From Bacteroidales bacterium (GTDB lineage Bacteria; Bacteroidota; Bacteroidia; Bacteroidales; DTU049), in the NCBI GenBank assembly GCA_033809015.1, contig JAPXMM010000002.1, positions 1-47,104 of the forward strand: DNA of 47,104 bases, given 5' to 3'. Shown here one piece after another: positions 36,478-45,688 of the stretch. The notes below the pieces were generated by a model, which saw only the letters and a program-made list of their open reading frames with translations, was not told the DNA's origin and ran no database searches. A program made the position numbers and the translations under genes. Each line of letters begins with the position of its first letter. Positions within the stretch are counted from its first letter, which is position 1.

Positions 36478-37467
36478 ATGAAAATACTTATTAGTCCATT
36501 AGACTGGGGACTCGGGCATGCTACCAGGCTCATTCCTATTATTAGAAAATTATCAGATAATGGTAATGACGTCATTATAGCTGGTGACGGCAAAAGCTTT
36601 GCATTAATTAAAAAATATATTAAAAATGCTCAATTCATCCCTTTTTATTCTATTCATTTTAAATATTCTAAAAATGGACTCAATTTCTTTAATTATTTTA
36701 TCATCGCTTTTCAGATAATCTGGCAAACCCTTTATGAACATTTAAAACTAAAAAAAATAATAAAATTGTACAAAATAGATATCATCATTAGTGACAATCG
36801 TTACGGTTTATATAATAAAAATGTTACTTCATATTTCATTACTCACCAGCTAAATGTAATTTTACCCAAATTTTTATCCTTTGCTAATCCATTAATTAAT
36901 AGTTATTTGAGGCATTATCTTAAAAAATTTGATCAAATTTTGATTCCAGATTATCAAGCTGAAAATGAAAGCCTAGCAGGCAAATTATCTCATCCAACTA
37001 ATTATAATAAATTACCTATCACATATATAGGACCATTATCTAGATTTGATAAGGTAGATATTATGAAAAATGAAAAACAATATGATGTAGTTATATTAAT
37101 TTCTGCTCCATTACCATATTGCAACTTAATTGTAAAAGAATTAAGTGATTTTGCTTCTTTGAATAAATCAATTTCTTTTGTTTTAATCTCTCCATATTTA
37201 TTTAGGAGTAATTTTACTAATCTAACTATTATAAAATCTCCAGATGATAACCAATGGTTAACTATTGTCTCAAACGCTAAAAATATAATTTCCACAGCAG
37301 GCTATTCTACTATTATGGATTTATTTTTAATAAATAAAAATGCCATTTTAGTCCCAGTAAAAGGACAAACTGAGCAAAAATATTTAGTTAATTATTTGAA
37401 TAATAAATATGGATTCAAAAAAGCAGATTCTTTTAAAAATGCTATCGCACAAGTTTTGCAGCAATAA
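36478..37467 (+). CDS. Glycosyltransferase (GT-B, GT28/MJ1255-like family)
   Basis: N-terminal MKILISPLDWGLGHATRLIPIIRKL (GLGH.TR motif) and C-terminal ...STAGYSTIMD.... Confidence 0.65.
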   Translation: MKILISPLDWGLGHATRLIPIIRKLSDNGNDVIIAGDGKSFALIKKYIKNAQFIPFYSIHFKYSKNGLNFFNYFIIAFQIIWQTLYEHLKLKKIIKLYKIDIIISDNRYGLYNKNVTSYFITHQLNVILPKFLSFANPLINSYLRHYLKKFDQILIPDYQAENESLAGKLSHPTNYNKLPITYIGPLSRFDKVDIMKNEKQYDVVILISAPLPYCNLIVKELSDFASLNKSISFVLISPYLFRSNFTNLTIIKSPDDNQWLTIVSNAKNIISTAGYSTIMDLFLINKNAILVPVKGQTEQKYLVNYLNNKYGFKKADSFKNAIAQVLQQ

Positions 37468-37469
37468 AA

Positions 37470-37660
37470 TTATAAAATAGGTAAGTTTAATGTAGTTATT
37501 TGTGGAAATTTGTGTGCATTTGTGTAAGATAAATAATAATCCACAGATAGACACAAATTAGCACAGATGAGATAGTTTATATTTGCGTTCATTTGTAGAA
37601 AATAATTTTTATTTTAACATTGTTTAACATTATTTAAACATTTTGCTTAAATTTGTAAAA
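37470..37660 (+). repeat. Modular intergenic repeat, copy F (AT-rich modules only)
   Basis: ATTTGTGGAAATTTGTGTGCATTTGTG...CCACAGATAGACACAAATTAGCACAGATG...CATTTGTAG...ATTATTTAAACATTTTGCTTAAA. The ATTTGTGG and TTTAAACATyTTGCTTAAA modules are shared with 32780-32850. Confidence 0.6.
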
Positions 37661-37680
37661 CTTATTTTCAGAAATTAATT

Positions 37681-38817
37681 ATGGATCGTAGAGACTTTAT
37701 TAAGCAAAGTTTACTTACTGGAATAGGTGGATTGTTATTAACTAAACTTCCATTTTTTGATAAATTAGAAGCTAAAAATACAATAAATAAAATCATGCAA
37801 GACCAAGAACAATTAGCCAAATATTGGGAAAATATTAATGATACTACCGTAAGGTGTTTGCTATGCCCTAATTATTGTGTAATACAGGACGGGCAAGTAG
37901 GCATATGTAAAGATCGCAAAAATATTGATGGTAAACTATATAGCTTGTCATATGGCAGAATAGTAGCACTTAATATAGATCCTATTGAAAAAAAACCTTT
38001 ATATCATTTCCTACCGATGTCTACAGTGCTATCTTTTGGCACAGCTGGTTGTAATTTTTCGTGCAAAAATTGCCAAAATTGGGATATAGCTCAAGCATCT
38101 CCATTATCAGTAAAATCTTATAATTACACGCCAGAGCAGCTGGTAAAAACTGCTTTAGCACAAAATATTCCATCTATAGCATTTACATATAATGAGCCTA
38201 CAGTTTTTTATGAATTTATGTATGAAACAGCTCTTTTAGCTAAAAATAATGGCATCAAAACTATTCTAGTTAGCAATGGATATATTAATCCACAACCATT
38301 AGCTGATTTAATTCCATATTTAGACGCAGCCAATATAGATCTGAAATCATTTGATGATAACATTTATATCAAATTAAATGGTGGTAAACTACAGCCGATT
38401 TTGAATACTTTAAAAACTTTAAAAGAGAATGGCATTTGGTTAGAAATGACTAATCTAATAGTCCCCACCTATACAGATGATTTGAATATGATAGAGAATA
38501 TGGTTAAATGGTTGGTAGATAACGGTTTCGCAGATATGCCATTACATTTTTCAAGATTTTTTCCTGCATATAAATTATCTAATTTACCACCTACACCTGT
38601 AGAAACTATCTTGGCAGCTGTCAAAATAGCTCGTGATAATGGTATGAAATATGTTTACACTGGTAATGTTTTAGACGTAAATAACGATAGTACTTTTTGT
38701 CCTCAATGCAATTCTATTTTGATAAAACGCCAAGGCTATCATACATCAATCATTGGCATAAATAGAGAAGGAAATTGCACGAAATGTGGTTATCATATTT
38801 CTGGTGTTTGGTCGTAA
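37681..38817 (+). CDS. AmmeMemoRadiSam system radical SAM enzyme with a twin-arginine (Tat) signal peptide
   Basis: CNFSCKNCQNW (CxxxCxxC) and an N-terminal CLLCPNYCVI...GICK auxiliary Cys cluster. The N-terminus MDRRDFIKQSLLTGIGGLLL fits the Tat consensus (S/T)RRxFLK. Confidence 0.85.
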   Translation: MDRRDFIKQSLLTGIGGLLLTKLPFFDKLEAKNTINKIMQDQEQLAKYWENINDTTVRCLLCPNYCVIQDGQVGICKDRKNIDGKLYSLSYGRIVALNIDPIEKKPLYHFLPMSTVLSFGTAGCNFSCKNCQNWDIAQASPLSVKSYNYTPEQLVKTALAQNIPSIAFTYNEPTVFYEFMYETALLAKNNGIKTILVSNGYINPQPLADLIPYLDAANIDLKSFDDNIYIKLNGGKLQPILNTLKTLKENGIWLEMTNLIVPTYTDDLNMIENMVKWLVDNGFADMPLHFSRFFPAYKLSNLPPTPVETILAAVKIARDNGMKYVYTGNVLDVNNDSTFCPQCNSILIKRQGYHTSIIGINREGNCTKCGYHISGVWS

Positions 38818-38905
38818 ACATTGCATCATTTAAAATATTAACATTTTAGAAATAGATAATTTTAACTTTAACTATTTTTGTACAAAAAGTTAAAAATAAT
38901 CTTTA

Positions 38906-40351
38906 ATGAAAAAAATTTTATTTTTTATTTTATTGATGATAAGCATTGTAGGAATATCACAAAATATAGTGATAAATAAAAACTTTGACGACAATAATTT
39001 TTTACATTGTAATGATATTGATAGCACACGATATATGATAACTCCTTATTTCAGTGGACTAGCAAGCATAAATAATTATGAACTCTTAATAGGTGCTAAC
39101 GTTAAAAAAAGTTTTAAAAATAAAAATACAAATTTCAAAATATGGACAAAACCTGAGTTTTTATTTTTTTCTTTATATGATTATCTAAACTTTTATGATT
39201 CTATTGCTCGCTTTCCAGGTGGAGAAAAAATTTATAATGAACATTACTCGTGGAATGCACCTATAGAACTAACTATGACTGTAAAAAATCATTATACTTT
39301 GTCAATCGGTTATAGCAAATTTCACTGGGGAGATGGATATAGAGGATTAAATCTGTCATACGCTAGTACCAATTATCCTTATTTGCTTCAGCGATTTACA
39401 ATCAAAGGATTAGATTTTTCATGGGCTATGATGAGATGGACTAATCCATTAACAAAGCCAAACTATGATAAATATTCCATATTTCATAGTTTTTCATTTA
39501 ATATTGGAAAAAAATGGCGATTTGCATTTTTCGAAAACATCATTTATCCTGCTAGAGATAGTACTCATAACAATTTCGAATATGTTTATCTATTACCACA
39601 AATTTTTTATAGATATGTAGATTATTCACTTGGCTCACCTTATAATTTATTATTTGGTGGTAATTTTAATTGGCATGTAGCTAAAAACTTCCAAATTTAT
39701 GGTCAAGCTATTTTAGATGATTTCATATTTAATGAATTTCAAAAAGATATAAAGCATAGATTGCATCCTGATGATACCACCATCGTTTATGGTAATTGGA
39801 TGAATAAATATGCTGTGCAAATAGGTATGAAATGGAGAACTAAAAATGACAGATTACGTACTAGGTTAGAATTCAATGCTGCTCGCCCATACACGTATAG
39901 TCACAAAAATTCTATTCAAAATTTTTCGAATAATGGACAACCTGTGGCTCATCCTTTTGGTGCTAATTTTTATGAAGTCCTTGCCGAGGCTGCTTTTATA
40001 AAAAATAATTTCTATATATACTTTTTAAGTTTTTATAAACAAATCGGCTATGATACTACTGGTACACATTTTGGACAAAATATCTTCGCGCCTACTTTCG
40101 ATGCTTATATGGGCAACAACATTCCTGTAAATCCTTTTTATAATGTTATAGGACAGGGAAATCTAGATAAATTGCTATCTATTCAGATTAATTTCATGTA
40201 TAAAATCAAAATTAGTTATTTATATTACATTTATGCAGGTGTAGGATATGAATCTAGATACAACTTCAGTACAGACTTTTTTGATTTTATTCCTTTTTTT
40301 AAAATACAATTCAATACAAATAATTTGCATGCATGGCATAGCTATAATTGA
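38906..40351 (+). CDS. Secreted, probable outer-membrane beta-barrel protein (Wzi/RemB-like in size; unverified)
   Basis: Signal peptide, 481 aa, rich in alternating aromatic and Gly/Asn residues. Confidence 0.45.
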   Translation: MKKILFFILLMISIVGISQNIVINKNFDDNNFLHCNDIDSTRYMITPYFSGLASINNYELLIGANVKKSFKNKNTNFKIWTKPEFLFFSLYDYLNFYDSIARFPGGEKIYNEHYSWNAPIELTMTVKNHYTLSIGYSKFHWGDGYRGLNLSYASTNYPYLLQRFTIKGLDFSWAMMRWTNPLTKPNYDKYSIFHSFSFNIGKKWRFAFFENIIYPARDSTHNNFEYVYLLPQIFYRYVDYSLGSPYNLLFGGNFNWHVAKNFQIYGQAILDDFIFNEFQKDIKHRLHPDDTTIVYGNWMNKYAVQIGMKWRTKNDRLRTRLEFNAARPYTYSHKNSIQNFSNNGQPVAHPFGANFYEVLAEAAFIKNNFYIYFLSFYKQIGYDTTGTHFGQNIFAPTFDAYMGNNIPVNPFYNVIGQGNLDKLLSIQINFMYKIKISYLYYIYAGVGYESRYNFSTDFFDFIPFFKIQFNTNNLHAWHSYN

Positions 40352-40422
40352 GAGGGGGAGACTAGGAGATGAGGTGACGTGGTGACTGGGAGACCGAGAG
40401 ACTGGGGAGAATGGGTGACATG
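40351..40422 (-). repeat. Modular intergenic repeat, copy D (GC-rich tail only, inverted)
   Basis: AGAGGGGGAGACTAGGAGATGAGGTGACGTGGTGACTGGGAGACCGAGAGACTGGGGAGAATGGGTGACATGG is the reverse complement of the CTCGTCACC/GTCTCCC word set. Confidence 0.65.
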
Positions 40423-40567
40423 GAAGTAGCATGATTCCTAACTATTTTATAATTTATGAAATTTAAAAATTGGAAAATAATAAATAATGATTAGTGGAAA
40501 AATATATAATATTTTATTAAAAAATTTTTTAATTTTACATCAGCGAAACTTTAAAAATAAATTAGAT

Positions 40568-41719
40568 ATGAAAAAATTTTATATTCTATTGATTAGTATG
40601 ACATTTTGCCTTTGCTATTCCTGCCAAAATAATAAAGACATAGCAAAAATAAATTTCACAATTGATAGCTGCACTGTCAGTCATCCAGATATTAAGCAAA
40701 TCACTAGTAAAATTAATATCGCAATGATAGATATAAAAAAGTGGAATGATACTACTTTTTTATTTTTGATACCAAGCAATATGAATAGTACTATATCACT
40801 ATACACTTATTACTGGGATAATGGTTTTAATTTACTAATCAAATATGAGCTCTCTGACAGCATAAGTAATTTTTTTCTCAAAAATCAATACAATAGCATT
40901 ACATTTATAAATAAAGATTCATTAATTGTGGGAGGTAATAATAACTTTGCAATTATTGATTTGAAAAAAAATGAAATCTCACCATCCTATCAACCAAATG
41001 AAAATGAATATATACAAGCTACACAGAATCCACTACAATGGAATAGCAAACATAAATTATTATTATCAGAATATCTGAATTACTCTAATCCAACATCAGA
41101 GCTTGGCATTGTACAGACTGAAATAATCGCTTGCATAGATTTATATAATAATAAACTCTATAAAATCCCAATAAAAATGATTAATGAAGAGCAAATAAAG
41201 CTTGATCCTAATTATGTATTTCATTTTTCTACTTTTGAAGATAAAATTATTGGTAAACACAGCATAAAAAATGAGTTTTTAGTTTATAATTTTAATGATA
41301 ATTCTGTAAAAACTATAGAAAATGATGCATTAGCAAATTTCAATAAAAAATTCACAAATAAAAAGAAGGAACGATTAGAAAAATTACAAAAACAGCTCGG
41401 ACTATATGATTTTCGTTTGAATGAATTTGCAAACAATTATATACAAAAAGCTATAGTGTGCGATCAAACCAATGGTAATATTATAGTAGCTTACTTAGAT
41501 CCAGTGCCACAGGATGGTAAAGATGGTAAAAAACCTCCAATTTCTTATAGAGCTAAAACATTTTTAATTTTTGATAAAGATTTCAATTTGTTAGGAGAAA
41601 TAAAAACTGATGTTGATAATTTCACACCATCAATGTTTTTTAGCATAGACAATAATATTTTCTTGATAGAGATTTGTTTTAATAAATTAAATATTAAAAG
41701 AATTTCCTATGAATCCTAA
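40568..41719 (+). CDS. Lipoprotein, unknown function
   Basis: I prefer the ATG at 40568, which gives MKKFYILLISMTFCLCYSCQ (signal plus lipobox), over the track start at 40487. Confidence 0.6.
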   Translation: MKKFYILLISMTFCLCYSCQNNKDIAKINFTIDSCTVSHPDIKQITSKINIAMIDIKKWNDTTFLFLIPSNMNSTISLYTYYWDNGFNLLIKYELSDSISNFFLKNQYNSITFINKDSLIVGGNNNFAIIDLKKNEISPSYQPNENEYIQATQNPLQWNSKHKLLLSEYLNYSNPTSELGIVQTEIIACIDLYNNKLYKIPIKMINEEQIKLDPNYVFHFSTFEDKIIGKHSIKNEFLVYNFNDNSVKTIENDALANFNKKFTNKKKERLEKLQKQLGLYDFRLNEFANNYIQKAIVCDQTNGNIIVAYLDPVPQDGKDGKKPPISYRAKTFLIFDKDFNLLGEIKTDVDNFTPSMFFSIDNNIFLIEICFNKLNIKRISYES

Positions 41720-42143
41720 AAGATTTCTTTTACTATTTTGTTTAATATTAATAATTTTCATAGTTAGTAGTTGCAGAGAAAAATATCCTGATGAAAAGCT
41801 CATAAATGAATATGTGGCTATAAATAAAGATAAATTTAATAATGAAAAAACTTTTTACCTCTTATCTATGCGAGAAACTCCACTTTCTTGTGCTAATAAA
41901 CTGATACAGTTTGATCCAGATAAAGTGATAAAGCAAATATCTGACTCACTGAAAAATGAAAAAATATTTTTACTCACTGATGAATTTATATATTTCTACT
42001 TAGACACTATACATGCAGGAAGTGTAAAAATAATCATAGATTCTAGCTATGTATTAGACCAATACAGACTGCCACATTCAGCACATTTATTTTATTTTAA
42101 AAATGGGAAAATTAAAAATTGGCAATTAATAAATAATTATTAA
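41709..42143 (+). CDS. Lipoprotein, unknown function
   Basis: Signal plus lipobox (IVSSCR). It overlaps the upstream gene by 11 nt. Confidence 0.6.
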   Translation: MNPKRFLLLFCLILIIFIVSSCREKYPDEKLINEYVAINKDKFNNEKTFYLLSMRETPLSCANKLIQFDPDKVIKQISDSLKNEKIFLLTDEFIYFYLDTIHAGSVKIIIDSSYVLDQYRLPHSAHLFYFKNGKIKNWQLINNY

Positions 42144-42348
42144 CTGGAAAAATATAATATTTATAACCAAATTTATTATTTTACAATAATCAAAATTCAT
42201 TTGTCGTTATTAAAAAAAATTAAAAGAGGTAAAGAACTAAATGTTTTAAAAAATTTAAAATTTTTCAATTAATAAAGGTATTAAATCAAACATTTTATCT
42301 GTTGTTTTAATTTTATATGGTGCAAGTGAATAAATAAAATAATCAATT

Positions 42349-42666
42349 ATGAAAACAACAAAGTTTTTCCCAATCATCATCACGTTGATATTTCTATCAA
42401 CTAGTTGCATTACTACATCTGTGGCTGACATTCAAAGTAAATCTGATAATATCATTAAAATTTATACTACTAAATTACCAGAAGAGGATTATATAGAGGT
42501 TAAGTATATTTCAGCTAGTGGTTCTATATTTAGCAGTCCTGAAAGATTACTCTATAAACTATCATTAAGAGCTAAAAAAGAAGGTGGAGATGCAATTATA
42601 GATGTAAAATATAGCTCAGTATTTTGGTGGCCTGAAGTATCTGGCATAGTTATTAAATTCAAATGA
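42349..42666 (+). CDS. Small lipoprotein (105 aa), copy 1
   Basis: Lipobox FLSTSC. It differs from copy 2 at two residues (D33N and Y88F). Confidence 0.75.
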   Translation: MKTTKFFPIIITLIFLSTSCITTSVADIQSKSDNIIKIYTTKLPEEDYIEVKYISASGSIFSSPERLLYKLSLRAKKEGGDAIIDVKYSSVFWWPEVSGIVIKFK

Positions 42667-42762
42667 AATTTTGTAAATCTATAATATATTTAATCTAAGC
42701 TGTTTAAATATAAGGAATCATCATATAAAAAAGAAAAAAATTTTTTTATCTCAAAACAATTA

Positions 42763-42770
42763 CTAATTTT
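42763..42770 (+). promoter_or_regulatory. -7 box TAATTTTG inside a conserved promoter cassette (copy 1 of 4)
   Basis: The cassette AAAAAATTTTTTTATCTCAAAACAATTACTAATTTTGAACCATCGAAA matches the Bacteroidota TAnnTTTG consensus. Confidence 0.45.
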
Positions 42771-42816
42771 GAACCATCGAAAATTCAAAAAAAAAGATAT
42801 TAAAAATATGGATTAA

Positions 42817-42947
42817 TACTATTGGAAAGAAATCATTTCTACTTTAGGTAGATATGATATAGGTTTTGGTAAAATAAAAACTATTTCTATTTCACACTTT
42901 TAATATTATTTTAGCATATCTAGAGATTAAAAGAGGTAATTTCAAAT
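42817..42947 (+). pseudogene. 5' fragment of a 44557-44964-like membrane protein gene
   Basis: ATGGATTAATACTATTGGAAAGAAATCATTT-CTACTTTAGGTAGATATGATATAGGTTTTGGTAAAATAAAAAC...GCATATCTAGAGATTAAAAGAGGTAATTTCAAA aligns to 44557-44730 with a ~30-nt deletion. The third codon is a stop. Confidence 0.6.
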
Positions 42948-43125
42948 TTATTATTTTACAATAATCAAAATTCATTTGTCGTTATTAAAAAAATTTAAAA
43001 CATTTGAAAAACTAAATGTTTTAAACGATTTAAAAAATTTTTCAATTAATAAAGGTATTAAATCAAACATTTTATCTGTTGTTTTAATTTTATGTAGTGC
43101 AAGTGAATAAATAAAATAATCAATT

Positions 43126-43443
43126 ATGAAAACAACAAAGTTTTTCCCAATCATCATTACGTTGATATTTCTATCAACTAGTTGCATTACTACATCAGTG
43201 GCAGACATTCAAAGTAAATCTAATAATATCATTAAAATTTATACTACTAAATTACCAGAAGAGGATTATATAGAGGTTAAGTATATTTCAGCTAGTGGTT
43301 CTATATTTAGCAGTCCTGAAAGATTACTCTATAAACTATCATTAAGAGCTAAAAAAGAAGGTGGAGATGCAATTATAGATGTAAAATTTAGCTCAGTATT
43401 TTGGTGGCCTGAAGTATCAGGAATAGTCATTAAATTCAAATGA
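43126..43443 (+). CDS. Small lipoprotein (105 aa), copy 2
   Basis: See copy 1. Confidence 0.75.
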   Translation: MKTTKFFPIIITLIFLSTSCITTSVADIQSKSNNIIKIYTTKLPEEDYIEVKYISASGSIFSSPERLLYKLSLRAKKEGGDAIIDVKFSSVFWWPEVSGIVIKFK

Positions 43444-43540
43444 GAAATTTGTAAATCTATAATATATTTAACCTAAGCTGTTTAAATATAAGGAATCATC
43501 ATATAAAAAAGAAAAAAATTTTTTATCTCAAAACAATTAC

Positions 43541-43548
43541 TAATTTTG
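43541..43548 (+). promoter_or_regulatory. -7 box TAATTTTG, promoter cassette copy 2
   Basis: AATTACTAATTTTGAACCATCAAAAC. Confidence 0.4.
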
Positions 43549-43582
43549 AACCATCAAAACTCTAAAAAATTAAAAGATATTA

Positions 43583-43625
43583 AAAAATTAGTAATTTTAG
43601 TTTTTGCAGTAATGATAGATGACAT
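43583..43625 (+). pseudogene. Remnant of the start of a 45177-like lipoprotein gene (ATG replaced by ATT)
   Basis: AAAAAATTAGTAATTTTAGTTTTTGCAGTAATGATAGATG versus ATGAAAAAATTAGCAATTTTAGTTTTTGTAGCAATGATAGCTG at 45177. Confidence 0.5.
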
Positions 43626-43671
43626 CTCTTGTGAATAAACATTAATATGGCATTTTTAAAAATATATAATT

Positions 43672-44472
43672 ATGAATACAACCAAATTTTTCATCATTTC
43701 CTTAACGGCATTTTTTCTGTTAATTAATAATCTAAAAGCTCAATCCGATACTACAAAATGGTTAGACAATAATCAAATAAAATTTTCTCTTACTACAGCA
43801 GTAATAGAAAATATTGGTATAGACTATTATAATCTAAATTGTCAGCTATTAAGATCATATCCTATGCCTGGTGTAGAAGCTACAGCCAACTATTATTTGC
43901 ATTTAAACAAAGGCTGGGGACTTAATTTCGGTATCGGTGGTGGAATAACTTTTTACGACCTACATTTCGAAATGGAATTACCTGATGATGCTTATGCACC
44001 TTATTTTGACTCTACTAATACAGCTACTACAAAATTTAATAAATCTAATATTACTCAAAAATATTTGACTATTCCTATATCTATACAGAAATCATTTCGT
44101 TTTCCTAATAATAAAAATACTTTCCATATTTTAGAAGCTGGAGCTAGAGTTAGTTTTTTATTTAAAAATCATACAGAAATTGTAGAAACCTACCCTACTA
44201 GTGCTACTGAAAATGCTACATTGTTCACTGCAGATTTTAGAAATCCTAACAAAATAAAAGGTAGTGTTTATTTCAAATATGGTATTCAAGAAATTCTAAA
44301 AAATCAAAATACTTTTCAGTGTAATATAATTCTTCATTATTCACCAGCTGAGCCCACTTTTGGTACTTACGAATTCACAACAATAAATAATAGCTACGCT
44401 ACACTTTCGCAAAAGATTAATTATATCGGGCTAGAATTTGTCTATGGGCTCACATTATCTAAAAATAAATAA
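43672..44472 (+). CDS. Secreted protein, probable small outer-membrane beta-barrel (porin-family-like)
   Basis: Signal peptide ending in KAQ, 266 aa, with alternating beta-strand-like pattern and GxGGG turns. Confidence 0.45.
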   Translation: MNTTKFFIISLTAFFLLINNLKAQSDTTKWLDNNQIKFSLTTAVIENIGIDYYNLNCQLLRSYPMPGVEATANYYLHLNKGWGLNFGIGGGITFYDLHFEMELPDDAYAPYFDSTNTATTKFNKSNITQKYLTIPISIQKSFRFPNNKNTFHILEAGARVSFLFKNHTEIVETYPTSATENATLFTADFRNPNKIKGSVYFKYGIQEILKNQNTFQCNIILHYSPAEPTFGTYEFTTINNSYATLSQKINYIGLEFVYGLTLSKNK

Positions 44473-44518
44473 TGAAGTCATAATTAGTTGAAAATTTTTT
44501 TATTTAATAAGTAATTAC

Positions 44519-44526
44519 TAATTTTG
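44519..44526 (+). promoter_or_regulatory. -7 box TAATTTTG, promoter cassette copy 3
   Basis: GTAATTACTAATTTTGGCACCGTCAAAACC lies 30 nt upstream of the ATG at 44557. Confidence 0.45.
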
Positions 44527-44556
44527 GCACCGTCAAAACCATAAAAACAAATAGAT

Positions 44557-44964
44557 ATGAAAAAATTGGATAAATACGATTGGCAAGAAATCATTTTTGT
44601 AGCAATTTTTATAATTACTGCTACTTTAGGTAGATATGGTATAAGTTTTGGTAAAATAATAACTATTTTTTATTTCCCACTTTTAATAATATTTTTAGCA
44701 TATCTAGAGATTAAAAGAGGTAATTTCAAAATTGATAGTGTATGGGCAGTGTTTACCTTATTTTATAAATCATTTTATTTAACAGCTATGTTTTTTCTTA
44801 TGAGTAAATATCCTGGTTATCAGATTATGGCAGTTTCAGCTTTGGTAATAACGATTCTATATATAATATTGACTTATTTTGTTAAAAAGAATAATAATCT
44901 AGCTATCAGAGCAGTGATATATTATCTTGTTTTTGGACTATTCTTGCCTCCCATTTATTATTAA
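44557..44964 (+). CDS. Small integral membrane protein (about 4 TM)
   Basis: 135 aa and hydrophobic. It is the intact counterpart of the fragment at 42817-42947. Confidence 0.65.
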   Translation: MKKLDKYDWQEIIFVAIFIITATLGRYGISFGKIITIFYFPLLIIFLAYLEIKRGNFKIDSVWAVFTLFYKSFYLTAMFFLMSKYPGYQIMAVSALVITILYIILTYFVKKNNNLAIRAVIYYLVFGLFLPPIYY

Positions 44965-45139
44965 AGTAATATACAGCTTAGATGTGGTGGAATATGTAAT
45001 GTAAAAACAGCATTTTTTCATATAAAAGTTCACAAAAATTACAATTATATTAATAATATTTTTAAAAGAAACAAATAATTACTAATTGAAAAATATATAA
45101 TATTTAAAGAAAAAATTTTTTTATTTAAAAAGTAATTAG

Positions 45140-45147
45140 TAATTTTG
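45140..45147 (+). promoter_or_regulatory. -7 box TAATTTTG, promoter cassette copy 4
   Basis: GTAATTAGTAATTTTGCAACGTCAAAACC lies 29 nt upstream of the ATG at 45177. Confidence 0.45.
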
Positions 45148-45176
45148 CAACGTCAAAACCCTAAAAACAAAACAAT

Positions 45177-45650
45177 ATGAAAAAATTAGCAATTTTAGTT
45201 TTTGTAGCAATGATAGCTGTTTCATTCAGCAGTTGCCAAAAAGAAAAACCACAAAGTGTAGCAGAAAAATTTTTATCAGCTTACGTAAAAGCAGATTTCG
45301 AAACTGCTAAAACAGTTACTTCAGGTGATGCATTAGAGCAAATTAGCCAAATCAGTAATATGGTTAGCTCAAATCCTGAATTCTTCCCAAAAGATTTAAA
45401 TTATGAAAATCTTGCTTGTCAAGAAAATGAAAACAAAGTAAAATGTACTTTCACCATGGTTCAAGGTACAGAAAAATTTGATGGTAACTATGTAGAACTA
45501 GAGCAAGTAGATGGTAAATGGATGGTTACTACTGTAGGTTATGAAGGAGAAGAACTTCCAGAAATGACTGAAGAAGAAAATATGACTGATTCTACTGCAA
45601 TGCAAAGTGATTCAGCAGCTATGACTGAAACTCAACCAGTTACTAAATAA
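45177..45650 (+). CDS. Lipoprotein, DUF4878-like, with an acidic S/T-rich tail; paralog of the next gene
   Basis: Lipobox FSSCQ. EKFLSAYVKADFETAKTVTSGDALEQ parallels EKFISAVQQNDFEVAKSLADSTALET in 45689-46147. Confidence 0.65.
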   Translation: MKKLAILVFVAMIAVSFSSCQKEKPQSVAEKFLSAYVKADFETAKTVTSGDALEQISQISNMVSSNPEFFPKDLNYENLACQENENKVKCTFTMVQGTEKFDGNYVELEQVDGKWMVTTVGYEGEELPEMTEEENMTDSTAMQSDSAAMTETQPVTK

Positions 45651-45688
45651 TATTAAAAACCTAAAAAACAAATAAAAATACAAATCAG

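Larger units (their letters stand above)
42168..43590 (+). repeat. Tandem segmental duplication: two ~645-bp units (42168-42812 and 42943-43590), period 775-777 bp
   Basis: The units are near-identical, each with a leader, a 105-aa lipoprotein gene and a 3' promoter cassette. They are separated by a 130-bp gene fragment. Confidence 0.85.

Noticed and set aside
40220-40432. A 70-aa minus-strand ORF (MLLPCHPFSPVSRSPSHHVTSSPSLPLS...).
   Set aside because: Its Pro/Ser-rich part is simply a translation of the GC-rich repeat tail (copy D), and the rest is antisense to the 3' end of 38906-40351.
40487-40567. The upstream start of the 410-aa ORF.
   Set aside because: Met-28 (40568) begins a textbook lipoprotein signal (MKKFYILLISMTFCLCYSC). 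The 27 upstream codons look non-coding.
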